NCBI GenBank assembly: GCA_963725865.1
Contig: CAVSAC010000010.1
Span: 192,001-256,000 of the forward strand
Length of the DNA: 64,000 bases
Source: Candidatus Eiseniibacteriota bacterium
GTDB taxonomy: Bacteria > Eisenbacteria > RBG-16-71-46
Direction: 5' to 3'
Shown: piece by piece, positions 43,053-52,721 of the stretch
How the letters are laid out: the number at the start of each line of letters is the position of its first letter
Position numbering within the stretch: position 1 is the first letter of the stretch
Made by a program: the position numbers and the translations under genes
The notes under the pieces: generated by a model
Databases searched by the model: none
Told to the model about the DNA's origin: nothing
What the model saw: only the letters and a program-made list of their open reading frames with translations

Positions 43053-44861
43053 CTAGCGTTCGACCTTGAGCACCGCGAGGAACGCCTCCTGCGGCACCTC
43101 GACCGTCCCGATCTGCTTCATACGGCGCTTGCCCTCCTTCTGTTTCTCGAGCAGCTTCCGCTTGCGACTGATGTCCCCGCCGTAACATTTCGCGATCACG
43201 TTCTTGCGCAGCGCGCCCTGCGTCTCGCGCGCGATCACCTTGGCCCCGATTGTGGCCTGGATCGCGACCTGGAACATCTGGCGCGGGATGAGCTCCTTGA
43301 GCTTCGCGCAGATGTCGCGTCCCCAGTCGTACGCCTTCTCGCGGTGCACGATCGACGACAGCGCGTCGACCGGGTCTCCGTTCAGCAGGATGTCGAGCTT
43401 GACCACGTCGCCCTCGCGATAGCCGTCGAACTCGTAGTCGAGCGAGGCGTACCCGCGCGAGATGGACTTCAGCCGGTCGTAGAAGTCGAGCACGATCTCG
43501 GCGAGCGGCAGGCGATACGCGATCCGCACCCGCCGCTCCTCGAGGTGGTCCATGCTCACGAAGATCCCGCGGCGGTCCTGGCACAGCTTCATGATGTTGC
43601 CCATGTACTCGGTCGGCGTCAGCACGTGCGCGAGCACGTAGGGCTCCTCGATGCTCTCGATCTGCTGTGCCGGCGGCATCTGGCTCGGATTGTCGACCGT
43701 CGTCAGTTCGCCGTTCGTGAGCAGTACGTGGTATTCCACGCTCGGCGTGGTCGCGATGAGGTCGATCATGAACTCGCGGCGCAGCCGCTCCTGCACGATC
43801 TCGAGGTGGAGCAGGCCCAGGAAGCCGACCCGGAACCCGAATCCCAGCGCCACCGAGGTCTCGGGCTCGAAGATGAGCGAGGCGTCGTTGAGCTGGAGCT
43901 TGGCGAGAGCCTCCTTGAGCGACGCGTACTGCTCGGCGTCGATCGGATAGAGCCCCGAGAACACCATCGGCTTCACCTCGCGGAAGCCGGGCAGCATCTC
44001 GAGCCCCTCGAGGTCCGCCGCGCACATGGTGTCGCCCACCCGCGCGTCGGCGACCGTCTTGACCCCCGCGACGATGAAGCCCACCTCGCCCGCGCTCAGG
44101 GTCTCGGTGGCCTCGAGCTTGAGCCTCAGCCGTCCCACCTCGCCGACCTCGAACACCTTGCCGGTCGAGAGGAACTTGATCCGGTCCCCGGCGCGGACCG
44201 CGCCGTCGACGACGCGGACCAACGCGACCACGCCGCGGTACTGGTCGAACTTCGAGTCGAAGATGAGCGCCCGCAGCGGCGCGTCGGGGTCACCGCCGGG
44301 GGGTGGGATCTCGGCGATCACCTGCTCGAGCAGCTCCTCCACGCCGAGCCCGGACTTGGCGCTGATACGCCGGATCCGTTCCGCGGGGATCCCGGTGGCA
44401 TGCTCCATCTCGAGCGCGGTGTCGTCGGGGTGTGCCGCCGGCAGGTCCACCTTGTTGATGGCGCCCACCAGGGTGAGCCCCTGATCGCGCGCGAGCAGGT
44501 AGTTCGAGAGCGTCTGGGCCTCGATGCCCTGCGAGGCGTCGACCACCAGGATCGCCCCCTCGCAGGCTGCCAGGCTGCGCGAGACCTCGTAGGTGAAATC
44601 GACGTGGCCGGGGGTGTCGATCAGGTTCAGCTCGTACGTCCGGCCGTCGCGCGCGCGGTACTCCATCGCGATCGCGTGCGACTTGATGGTGATGCCCTTC
44701 TCGCGCTCCAGGTCCATGTCGTCGAGCACCTGGGCCTTCATCTGCTGGGGCGTGAGCGTGTGCGTCAGCTCGAGCAGTCGGTCGGCCAGCGTGCTCTTGC
44801 CGTGGTCGATGTGGGCGATGATGCAGAAGTTGCGGATGTGCTGGAGGCGTGGATCGCTCAA
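43053..44861 (-). CDS. lepA: Elongation factor 4 / LepA
   Basis: [45 protein letters not shown] start overlapping the upstream stop. Confidence 0.98.
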   Translation of the reverse strand: MSDPRLQHIRNFCIIAHIDHGKSTLADRLLELTHTLTPQQMKAQVLDDMDLEREKGITIKSHAIAMEYRARDGRTYELNLIDTPGHVDFTYEVSRSLAACEGAILVVDASQGIEAQTLSNYLLARDQGLTLVGAINKVDLPAAHPDDTALEMEHATGIPAERIRRISAKSGLGVEELLEQVIAEIPPPGGDPDAPLRALIFDSKFDQYRGVVALVRVVDGAVRAGDRIKFLSTGKVFEVGEVGRLRLKLEATETLSAGEVGFIVAGVKTVADARVGDTMCAADLEGLEMLPGFREVKPMVFSGLYPIDAEQYASLKEALAKLQLNDASLIFEPETSVALGFGFRVGFLGLLHLEIVQERLRREFMIDLIATTPSVEYHVLLTNGELTTVDNPSQMPPAQQIESIEEPYVLAHVLTPTEYMGNIMKLCQDRRGIFVSMDHLEERRVRIAYRLPLAEIVLDFYDRLKSISRGYASLDYEFDGYREGDVVKLDILLNGDPVDALSSIVHREKAYDWGRDICAKLKELIPRQMFQVAIQATIGAKVIARETQGALRKNVIAKCYGGDISRKRKLLEKQKEGKRRMKQIGTVEVPQEAFLAVLKVER

Positions 44862-45496
44862 AAGCCCCACCTGAAGGAGACGCGCGCCCCGGGGACGATG
44901 CCGCCGGGAAGCGCCGGGTCGTGCTCGAACTCGAGTCGAAAGTCCTTGAAGTGCGCGTCGACGTACGCATCGAGCACCGCGTACGTCAGCAGCCCGGCGA
45001 GCAGCCATTGACGCCTCACCGAACCATCGAGCCGGTCATTGTAGCGTGCGATGAGCGCATTCTCACGCTCGATGTCGCCCGCGGCCCGCGCGGCCGCGAC
45101 CTCCTGGTCGAGGTCGGACAGCCCGCGCTGGTCCTCCAGCAGGCGCGCGCCCAACCAACCCTCGCCGGTCGCGACCGCCGCCGCCTTGAGCCACGAGCCG
45201 TTGTGCAGCTGTCCCCAGCCGGGCACCACGAGCGAACGCAGCATCACCCAGCGCGGTTGATCGAAGTAGTGCGGGTGCTCGCGCTCGTCGCGTTCGCGCG
45301 CGCGTGTGGCGCTCAGCGCCCGGGCTCGCGCGCTGGTGTCGGCACTCGCCGCGCTGTCCGCCGCCGCCGCGTCCGCGAGGCTGTCGCGGAGCGCGGGCGC
45401 CGGGCGGCGATCCGCGGCGCGCACCGCGGCGCTGTCGGCGGCGGCGAGCGCGCTCGCCGCCGTGGGCGCGGCGGCCGCCGCGCCCACCGGAGCCAT
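44858..45496 (-). CDS. DUF5683-like exported/membrane protein
   Basis: [13 protein letters not shown] and DAYVDAHF motifs; start uncertain (see finding on tRNA-Sec). Confidence 0.7.
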   Translation of the reverse strand: MAPVGAAAAAPTAASALAAADSAAVRAADRRPAPALRDSLADAAAADSAASADTSARARALSATRARERDEREHPHYFDQPRWVMLRSLVVPGWGQLHNGSWLKAAAVATGEGWLGARLLEDQRGLSDLDQEVAAARAAGDIERENALIARYNDRLDGSVRRQWLLAGLLTYAVLDAYVDAHFKDFRLEFEHDPALPGGIVPGARVSFRWGF

Positions 45497-45532
45497 CAAC
45501 AGCAGGAACGTCAGGAGCGCCGTGGCGCAGGA

Positions 45533-45630
45533 TGGCGGGAACGTGTGGGAATCGAACCCACCTCGGACGCTGCACGCGCCCGACCGCAGGATTTGAAGTC
45601 CCCGGGGCCCACCAGGACCCATCCATTCCC
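45533..45630 (-). tRNA. selC: tRNA-Sec (UCA)
   Basis: About 98 nt; anticodon loop CT-TCA-AA; 6-bp D-stem GGGTCC/GGGCCC with a 4-nt loop; long variable arm TCGGGCGC/GCGTCCGA; G discriminator plus CCA; directly downstream of selD. Confidence 0.95.
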
Positions 45631-45663
45631 CCGTCGACCGCGCGCGCGGCCGTTCCCGCACGC

Positions 45664-46719
45664 TCATGATGCCACGAGTTCGACGAGCCGCGCGGAGCGC
45701 GCCACCGCCTCGCCGGCCTCGATGGCCACGTTGCGGCGGCGGTGGAGCCGGCGGAGCAGCTCGGGCGCCCGCCGCGCGGGGACCGCGAGCAGCAGGCCAC
45801 CGGAGGTCTGCGGGTCGTACAGCGCCTGCAGCAGGGGTTCGGCCAGCCCGCCCTCGTCGATGCGCCCGCCGAAGAACGAGCGGTTCTTGCCCAGTCCGCC
45901 CGGCACGACCCCGGCCGCCGCCAGCTCGAGCACCCGCGGCAGGAACCAGCGCGGCCCGGGGCGCAGCCGCAGCGTCACCCCGCTCGCCTCGGCGAGCTGC
46001 GAGGCGTGCCCGAGAAGACCGAAACCGGTCACGTCGGTGGCGGCGCGCGCGCCGAACTCCACCGCCAGCTCGGAGGCGGCACGATTCAGCGTGCGCATGA
46101 CGCGGGTGACGCGCTGGGCCACCGTGCCCTCGAGGCGCTGGTTCTTGATCGCGGTCGACAGGATCCCGGTGCCGAGCGGCTTGGTGAGCACCAGGCGATC
46201 GCCCGGCCGCGCGCCCGCGTTCGTCAGCAGGTCGCGCCGCCGCGCGATGCCCGTCACGGCGTAGCCGAACTTGAGCTCCGGATCCCGCACGGAATGGCCG
46301 CCGATGATGCTGCAGCCGGCCTGGTGCATGGCGTCCTGGCCACCCCGCAGGATCTCGCGCAGGACCGCGGAGTCGGTGCCGTCGGGCACGCACAGCAGCG
46401 CGAGCGCGGTGAGCGGACGCCCGCCCATGGCGTACACGTCCGACAGCGCGTTGGCCGCCGCGATGCGCCCGTAGTCGTACGGGTCGTCGACGATGGGAGT
46501 GAAGAAATCCACGGTCTGCACCAGCGCTTCGCCGCGGCCGAGCGCGAACACGCCCGCGTCGTCGAGGGTGGACTGATCCACCAGCACGCGCCGGTCGCGC
46601 TTCATCGGGGGCAGCCCCCGCAGCACGTCACGCAGGTCCGCCGGACCCAGCTTCGACGCTCAACCGGCACAGGCCACCTGCGCCGTCAGGCGCACCTCGA
46701 TGCGCCGTCGCTCGCTCAT
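45664..46719 (-). CDS. selD: Selenide, water dikinase (selenophosphate synthetase), selenoprotein form with UGA at codon 20
   Basis: MSERRRIEVRLTAQVACAG-(TGA 46660-46662)-ASKLGP continues in frame into DDAGV, QTVDFFTP, ANALSDVYAMGG, TDVTGFGL and DPQTSGGLL. Confidence 0.95.
46626..46657 (-). promoter_or_regulatory. Candidate bacterial SECIS hairpin
   Basis: Apical stem GGTCC-GGC-GGACC starting about 12 nt after the UGA, extendable with a bulged U. Confidence 0.6.
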
Positions 46720-46747
46720 CGCGGCACCCTCGCCGGCGAGCTCGCGA

Positions 46748-47149
46748 TCAATGGTCGCGGCCGATGGCGACGCAATCGATCTCGACCCGAGCGCCCCGCG
46801 GCAGCCCCGCCGCCGCGATCGTCGTGCGGGCGGGCAGCGAAGCACCGAGATGCTTCGCGTACACCTCGTTCATGGACTGGAAGTCGGCCATGTCGGCGAG
46901 GTAGACGGTGGTCTTCACGACCTCGTCCAGCCCCACCCCGGCGCCCGCGAGCACCGCCTTCAGGTTCTGGAACACGCGCTCGGTCTGCTCGGCGATCCCG
47001 CCCGCCACCAGCTGCCCGCTGGCCGGATCGAGCGCGATCTGTCCGGCCGTGAACACCATGCGATTGCCGCCGTGCAGCCGCACGACCTGCGCCTGGCTGT
47101 ACGGTCCGATGGCCGCCGGCGCATCCGAGACGCTCACCGCGCTCTTCAC
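46748..47149 (-). CDS. ridA: RidA/YjgF family reactive intermediate deaminase
   Basis: APAAIGPYSQA, GQIALDP, PARTT, LPRGARVEI. Confidence 0.93.
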   Translation of the reverse strand: MKSAVSVSDAPAAIGPYSQAQVVRLHGGNRMVFTAGQIALDPASGQLVAGGIAEQTERVFQNLKAVLAGAGVGLDEVVKTTVYLADMADFQSMNEVYAKHLGASLPARTTIAAAGLPRGARVEIDCVAIGRDH

Positions 47150-47174
47150 GCTTCCCTCCTGGACTCGCGCGCCG

Positions 47175-49007
47175 TCACTCGACGGTGACGCTCTTGGCGA
47201 GGTTGCGGGGCTGGTCGACGTCGCACCCGCGCGCCACCGCCACGTGGTAGGCGAGCAGCTGCAGCGGGATGACCGAGAGCATGGGCTGGATCATCGGGGC
47301 CGCCGCCGGCACGTACAGCACGTGGTTGGCATGGTTCGCGACCTCGGTGTCCCCTTCGGTGGCGATCGCGATGATGCGCCCCCGCCGCGCCCGCACCTCC
47401 TGCATGTTGCTCATCACCTTCTCGTACGCGCTGTCCCTCGTGCAGATGAACACCACCGGCATGTTCTCGTCGATGAGAGCGATCGGCCCGTGCTTCATCT
47501 CCGCGGCCGGGTACCCTTCGGCGTGGATGTACGAGATCTCCTTGAGCTTCAGCGCGCCTTCCAGCGCGACCGGGAAGTTGTAGCCGCGCCCGAGGTAGAT
47601 GAAGTTGTCGTGGTGGCGCACCTGATCCGCGATGCGCTTCACCTCGTCGCTGCGATCGAGGATGCGCTGGATCTTGGCCGGCACGGAGTCGAGCTCGCGC
47701 GCCAGCGTGATGCCGGTCTCGCGCGCGAGCTCGCGCTGGCGACCGAGCGCGAGCGTGAGCAGCGCCAGCACCGTGACCTGGCTCGTGAACGCCTTGGTCG
47801 ACGCGACGCCGATCTCGGGGCCGGCGTGGATGTACACGCCGCCGTTCGACTCCCGCGCGATGGTCGAGCCGACCACGTTCACGATCCCGAGCGAGCGGGC
47901 GCCCTTGCGCTGCGCCTCCCGCATCGCGGCCAGCGTGTCGGCGGTCTCGCCCGATTGCGAGATGACCAGCACCGCGGTGCCTTCGTCGACGATCGGATTG
48001 CGGTAGCGGAACTCCGACGCGTACTCGACCTCGACCGGCACCCGCGCGAACTCCTCGAGCATGTACTCGCCGATCAGCCCGGCGTGCCACGACGTGCCGC
48101 AGCCCAGGATGATGATGCGCTTGATCTCGCGCAGCTCCTCGGCGCGCATGTTGAGACCGCCCAGCCGCGCCAGTCCCTCGGTCAGATTGAGCCGGCCGCG
48201 CATCGCGTTCCGCACCGAGTCGGGCTGCTCGAAGATCTCCTTCAGCATGAAGTGCTCGTAGCCGCCCTTCTCGATCTGCGAGAGGTCCCACTCGACCTCG
48301 TGCACCGCTTTGTCCACCGGGACGTTCGCGATGGTCGCGGTGTGGAAGCCGTCGGGCGACAGCACCGCCATCTCGCCGTCGTCGAGGTAGACCACCTGGC
48401 GCGTGTGCTCGACGATCGGCGCCACGTCCGAGGCGAGGAAGTACTCGCCATCGGCGATGCCCACCACCAGCGGGCTGCCCTTGCGCGCGCCCACCACGGT
48501 GCCGGGCTCGTCGGCCGACATCACCGCGATTCCGTAAGTCCCTTCGACATCCGCCAGCGCCTTGCCCACCGCCTGCTCGAGCTTCATCCCCCGCTTCTTG
48601 TACTTCGAAACCAGGTACGTCAGCACCTCGGTGTCGGTCTGCGTGCGGAAGCGATAGCCCTCCGCCTCGAGCGCGCTCTTGAGCGTGCTGTAGTTCTCGA
48701 TGATGCCGTTGTGGACCAGCGCGATGCGGCCGTCGGGGTCGGTGTGCGGGTGCGCGTTGAGGTCGTTCGGCTCGCCGTGGGTGGCCCAGCGCGTGTGCGC
48801 GATGCCCTGCTGTGCGGCGTGCGGTTCGCACCCGATGCGTGCCTCGAGCTCGCGGATCTTGCCGGCCGCCTTGATGACGCGCAGGCCTCCGTTCTCCTGC
48901 AGCGCCACGCCGGCCGAGTCGTAGCCGCGGTACTCCAGCCGCTTGAGCCCCTCGACCAGGATGCCCAGACACGCCCGGTGTCCGACGTAGCCGACGATGC
49001 CACACAT
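47175..49007 (-). CDS. glmS: Glutamine--fructose-6-phosphate aminotransferase
   Basis: MCGIVG, EYRGYDSAG, HTRWATHG, SQSGETAD, PRNLAKSVTVE. Confidence 0.98.
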   Translation of the reverse strand: MCGIVGYVGHRACLGILVEGLKRLEYRGYDSAGVALQENGGLRVIKAAGKIRELEARIGCEPHAAQQGIAHTRWATHGEPNDLNAHPHTDPDGRIALVHNGIIENYSTLKSALEAEGYRFRTQTDTEVLTYLVSKYKKRGMKLEQAVGKALADVEGTYGIAVMSADEPGTVVGARKGSPLVVGIADGEYFLASDVAPIVEHTRQVVYLDDGEMAVLSPDGFHTATIANVPVDKAVHEVEWDLSQIEKGGYEHFMLKEIFEQPDSVRNAMRGRLNLTEGLARLGGLNMRAEELREIKRIIILGCGTSWHAGLIGEYMLEEFARVPVEVEYASEFRYRNPIVDEGTAVLVISQSGETADTLAAMREAQRKGARSLGIVNVVGSTIARESNGGVYIHAGPEIGVASTKAFTSQVTVLALLTLALGRQRELARETGITLARELDSVPAKIQRILDRSDEVKRIADQVRHHDNFIYLGRGYNFPVALEGALKLKEISYIHAEGYPAAEMKHGPIALIDENMPVVFICTRDSAYEKVMSNMQEVRARRGRIIAIATEGDTEVANHANHVLYVPAAAPMIQPMLSVIPLQLLAYHVAVARGCDVDQPRNLAKSVTVE

Positions 49008-49099
49008 CGTGTCCACTCCTTCCGGCCGGGGGCCCCGGCCCGCCTCGCCGCGGCCGCCCGTGGGGGCGGCGCCGGCGGTACGAGGCTGCGTGCGCTGTC

Positions 49100-49185
49100 G
49101 CGTCCGGTCACCGACCGGGTGCGACCCACGCTCTGCGCGATCCAGCTCTACCCTCGTCGGTCTCTTCAAGGACCGTGCCGCCGCC
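49100..49185 (-). ncRNA. Divergent glmS-ribozyme-like structured leader element
   Basis: GGCGGCAC-[GGTC..GACC hairpin]-GACGAGG...ATCG...GCG...CCCGG-hairpin has the order and spacing of the glmS ribozyme core, but key nucleotides differ. Confidence 0.4.
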
Positions 49186-49293
49186 GCCATCGCGACCGGC
49201 CACGGAGTCGTCGCATGTCCGCTCACCGCGCCGTGCACGTCGACGACCGGTGCGCGGGCAACTGCGCTGCTCCTAGGACTGCAAGTCGCAGCG

Positions 49294-49322
49294 ACTATAG
49301 GGGAGGCTCGAAGGGCAGTCCA
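49294..49322 (-). promoter_or_regulatory. Promoter of glmS (gives a leader of about 280 nt)
   Basis: TGGACT-N17-TATAGT. Confidence 0.6.
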
Positions 49323-49521
49323 GCATCCCGGCCCCCGCTCGCGAACCCGGCCAGCGGCGGCGCAGCGGGCCGCGGCGGGCCGGGCGGAACACGAGCGGCA
49401 GCGGCTCGATCCGCCTCCTCGCCGCACGGCCCCGAACGACAGAGGCCGGCGCCGAGCGCGCATCGCGCGTCCCGCGCCGGCCCAAGCCGGTGGGCCCGGG
49501 CGCCGCAGGGCCCGGAATGTC

Positions 49522-49597
49522 TGGAGCTGGTGACCGGAATCGAACCGGTGACCCCTTCATTACGAGTGAAGTGCTCTACCAGCTGAGCTACACCAGC
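49522..49597 (-). tRNA. tRNA-Thr(CGT)
   Basis: 76-nt cloverleaf, loop CT-CGT-AA, CCA end. Confidence 0.96.
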
Positions 49598-49657
49598 TCC
49601 GCGAAACCGGGTGCCCGGGCGCGTGCGCCCACCCGCGCGTCGGACCGCACAAGAGAA

Positions 49658-49733
49658 TGGTGCGACCCCCCAGAATCGAACTGGGGACACCGTGATTTTC
49701 AGTCACGTGCTCTACCAACTGAGCTAGGGTCGC
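49658..49733 (-). tRNA. tRNA-Phe(GAA)
   Basis: 76-nt cloverleaf, loop CT-GAA-AA, CCA end. Confidence 0.96.
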
Positions 49734-49786
49734 ACCCACACCATGGGATCGGATCCTGCGTCCAGACCCTGCCCCGAGGCGGCATC

Positions 49787-49816
49787 TGTCTATCATGCCG
49801 TCGCAAGAGGCGTCAA
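49787..49816 (-). promoter_or_regulatory. Promoter for tRNA-Phe/tRNA-Thr
   Basis: TTGACG-N18-TAGACA with an extended TG; same layout as the tRNA-Ile2 promoter. Confidence 0.45.
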
Positions 49817-49851
49817 CCCGCCCGACCGCGCCAGTCGCGGTCCGAGTGACC

Positions 49852-51690
49852 TCACGCCCCCGCTGCCCCGCGCCGGTCGGCCCGCCGCTGGCGGCGGTCG
49901 ACACCGGGATGGCGACGATCCTGGTTCTCGGCCACCGGCAGCGTGAACGACACCACGTTGCTCCAGTCGCCCTCGGCGCGCACGCGGATCTCGCCGCCGT
50001 GGTCGCGGATGATGCGTTGCGCCACGGCCAGTCCGACATTGGTCTGCGGCGAGGGCCCGCTGGCGAAGGCCTGGAACAGCTGCTCCATGAGGTCGCCCGG
50101 TGCGCGCGGCCCATCGTGCCCGATCTCGACCTGCACGTACGCGCCGGCGCGCCGCGACTCCACCCGCACCCGGCCGCCGATCGGAACCGCCTCGAGCGCG
50201 TGCGAGAGGAGATTGCCGATCACCTGGCGCAGGCGCTCGGGATCGATCAAGAGCGCCGGCAGGTCGGGCGCCAGCCGCTTGAGCAACCGGATGCGACGTC
50301 GCACCAGCGTCTCGCCCGCCGCCTGCAGGACCTCCTGCACCGACTGGTTCACGCGCTCGACCGTCAGCCGCGCCGGTTCTGGCGGCGCGTCGGCGAGCGT
50401 CTCGGCCATCATGCGCTCGAGCCGCGCCACCTCGCGCAGCACGATCTCGAGCGCCTCGCGCTGCACGTCGTCGGGTGCCAGGGCGCGGTGGACGCGACGC
50501 GCGAACGCCGCGATCGAGGCCAGCGGGTGGCGCGCCTCCTGGGCGGTCCGCAACGCGCTCTCGCCGAGCGCGGCGAGGCGCTCCTCGCGCACGAGCCGCA
50601 CGCGCAGCTCGTGCTCGCGCTGCCCCAGCCGGCGCCCGGCGGCGTCGCGCTCGGCGAGCTCCACGGTGTGCGCGGCGAGTCCGGCCAGCGTGTCGAGAAA
50701 CGCAACGTCGCCGGCATCGAAGACTGCCGGCGCGCCGACGAACGCCGGCGTGCGGTCGTAGGCCGCCAGCGCGCCCAGCGCCCGGCCCTGCGAGAGGAGC
50801 GGGATCACGATCACCGACGTCAGCGCTGCCGCGTGTTCCGGCGTGAGTCGCGGATCGTCGGTGACCCGGTCGAGCACCACGGGCCGCTGCCGCGCCATCG
50901 CATCGGCGACCAGGGGACCGAGACCGGCCGCCGCGCGCTCCCGCCGGCCAGCGGGGCCGTGCGTGACCTCCAGCCGCGAGCCGCCGTCCTCGCCCCCCAG
51001 CCACACCGCCGCACCGGTCGCGGCGGCGCCCAGGGCGGCGAGCCTCACGATGCGATGGAACGCCTCCGCGCGATGCGCCAGGGCCGCGGTATTGCGCACG
51101 AACTCCGCGAGCGCGGTGGTCTGGTCCTCGCGGCGCCGCGCGCGGTCATGCCCATCGCGCGCGTCGAGCACCGCCGTCGCGAGCGCGGCCTCCGACTGCA
51201 ATGCCGCCAGCTCCTCCGGTCGCGCGCCGCGTTCGGTCCACGCTCCGACCAGCACGCCCCAGCGCCGGCCACCGCGCCGCAGAGCGACCGCTCCGATCCG
51301 CGCAGCGCCGTACCACGGCAATCCGGGCGCCGATGCCCCGCCCGCCACCGCGGCGCCGCTCGTCCACGCCTCGAGCACGATCCGATCGAGCCGCGCTTCC
51401 GCGAGGGTCACGCGACTCCACGCGCGCGCCGCCTCACGCTGCCCGCTCCGCTCGGACTCGATCGCGCTCGCGGTCGACACTCCGATCAGGTGCAGCTCCT
51501 GCGGATCCCACGCCAGCAGCCAGGCCCGCGTGAAACCCGGGCCCCCCGCCTCGACCGCATGCGCGGCGACCGCCGGCTCGAGCTCGCCGCCGGCGAACGC
51601 CGCCACCACGAGAGCGGAATGGGCGCTGGCGATCATGGCCGCGGATGGCTCCGAGCGGCTGAGGGGATCAGGGGCAGGACGTGGTTCCAT
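49852..51690 (-). CDS. GAF-domain histidine-kinase-like protein with degenerate H/N/G boxes
   Basis: Two GAF-like regions, EERLAALGE..AQEARHPL, DPERLRQVIGNLL, VGLAVAQRIIRDHGGEI. Confidence 0.85.
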   Translation of the reverse strand: MEPRPAPDPLSRSEPSAAMIASAHSALVVAAFAGGELEPAVAAHAVEAGGPGFTRAWLLAWDPQELHLIGVSTASAIESERSGQREAARAWSRVTLAEARLDRIVLEAWTSGAAVAGGASAPGLPWYGAARIGAVALRRGGRRWGVLVGAWTERGARPEELAALQSEAALATAVLDARDGHDRARRREDQTTALAEFVRNTAALAHRAEAFHRIVRLAALGAAATGAAVWLGGEDGGSRLEVTHGPAGRRERAAAGLGPLVADAMARQRPVVLDRVTDDPRLTPEHAAALTSVIVIPLLSQGRALGALAAYDRTPAFVGAPAVFDAGDVAFLDTLAGLAAHTVELAERDAAGRRLGQREHELRVRLVREERLAALGESALRTAQEARHPLASIAAFARRVHRALAPDDVQREALEIVLREVARLERMMAETLADAPPEPARLTVERVNQSVQEVLQAAGETLVRRRIRLLKRLAPDLPALLIDPERLRQVIGNLLSHALEAVPIGGRVRVESRRAGAYVQVEIGHDGPRAPGDLMEQLFQAFASGPSPQTNVGLAVAQRIIRDHGGEIRVRAEGDWSNVVSFTLPVAENQDRRHPGVDRRQRRADRRGAAGA

Positions 51691-51812
51691 CGTCGCTCCG
51701 CTTGTCGGGCATGGGAGTCCACCCCACTCGAAGGGCAACGCGCATGCCACGGCCCGCCGGGCCCGGGAGCCGCGAGCGGCGCATTTCGGCCCGGCGCAAC
51801 TTCCCGCCTCGC

Positions 51813-51842
51813 TTGACCATGGACCGCCCGCCTCACTACCTT
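51813..51842 (+). promoter_or_regulatory. sigma70-like promoter of the DUF3467-like gene
   Basis: TTGACC-N18-TACCTT. Confidence 0.55.
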
Positions 51843-51920
51843 TCGAGGAGTGCGGAACGCCCGGCCGTGCCCCGGATGGCCCGGATGGCGCGGCGACTGG
51901 GTGGGAACCCGGAGACGACC

Positions 51921-52217
51921 GTGGAAAACCCCCAGCAGCCCCCGCCGCTCCAGATCGAGCTCGCCGAGCGCGAGGCCGAGGGCATCTACTCGAACCTGGT
52001 GCTCATCGCGCACTCCCAATCCGAGGTCATCCTCGATTTCGCGCGCGCGCTCCCGGGCCTGCCGAAGGCGAAGGTGTACGCCCGCGTGATCCTCACGCCC
52101 CAGCATGCGAAGTCGCTCCTGCTGACGCTGGAGCAGAACCTGAAGACGTTCGAAAGTCAGTTCGGCGCCATCAAGCTCCCGGGCGAAGCCCGCCAGGGCC
52201 TCGGCTTCAAGCCCTGA
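51921..52217 (+). CDS. DUF3467-like small protein
   Basis: EGIYSNLVLIAHS..EVILDF...RVILTPQHAK pattern; GGAG RBS before GTG. Confidence 0.85.
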   Translation: MENPQQPPPLQIELAEREAEGIYSNLVLIAHSQSEVILDFARALPGLPKAKVYARVILTPQHAKSLLLTLEQNLKTFESQFGAIKLPGEARQGLGFKP

Positions 52218-52289
52218 GCGCGGCGCGCGGCCGCGCGTGCGGGACGCGGGGCGGGGGATGGACGGCGCGCGACCCCGGCTCCCGCGCGA

Positions 52290-52721
52290 CTAGTCGCGAT
52301 GCACGTCCGCCGGCGCGCGCGGCGCGGCGGCCAGCAACCGCGCGAGCGGCTCCGGCGGACGCACCGCGCGGCCCGCGCGGTCCACGCAGCAGTGCTCGGT
52401 GATCCCGGTCGCGAGCAGCTCGCCGTCGGCCTCGCGCACGATCCGGTAGCCGAAGGTCATGCTCGCGCGGGCGAGCGAGCGCACGCCGGTCTCGACCACC
52501 ACGAGATCGTCGTAGCGAGCCCCCTGGTAGTAGCGGACGCGCGCCTGCAGCACCGGCAGCATCACGCCCAGGGTCTCCTCCACCTCGCGATACGACCTCC
52601 CGAGCGCGCGCAGCATCTCGGCGCGACCGACCTCGAACCACCGCAGGTAGTTCGCGTAGTAGGCCCAGCCCATCTGATCGGTGTCCCCGTAGCGCACCCG
52701 GAACGAGAATCGATGCATCAC
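52290..52721 (-). CDS. Acyl-CoA thioesterase (4HBT/YbgC family)
   Basis: VRYGDTDQMG..YYANYLRWFEVGR, ARYDD. Confidence 0.92.
   Translation of the reverse strand: MMHRFSFRVRYGDTDQMGWAYYANYLRWFEVGRAEMLRALGRSYREVEETLGVMLPVLQARVRYYQGARYDDLVVVETGVRSLARASMTFGYRIVREADGELLATGITEHCCVDRAGRAVRPPEPLARLLAAAPRAPADVHRD

Noticed and set aside
46660..46662. selD as a nonsense pseudogene
   Set aside because: The UGA is at the catalytic position, with a SECIS-like hairpin and an adjacent tRNA-Sec.
49100..49185. Canonical glmS ribozyme or SAM-I riboswitch
   Set aside because: It lacks the exact AGCGCC and TCGGCGG of the ribozyme, and the GCAACC/AGAT elements of SAM-I; reported only as a divergent candidate.
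29507..49733. Integrative elements at the five tRNA genes
   Set aside because: No integrase, no duplicated tRNA 3' end and no obvious compositional shift were seen.
51872..51890. Short direct repeat CCGGATGGC x2 upstream of the DUF3467-like gene
   Set aside because: Two copies of a 9-mer in GC-rich DNA, with no further instances noticed.
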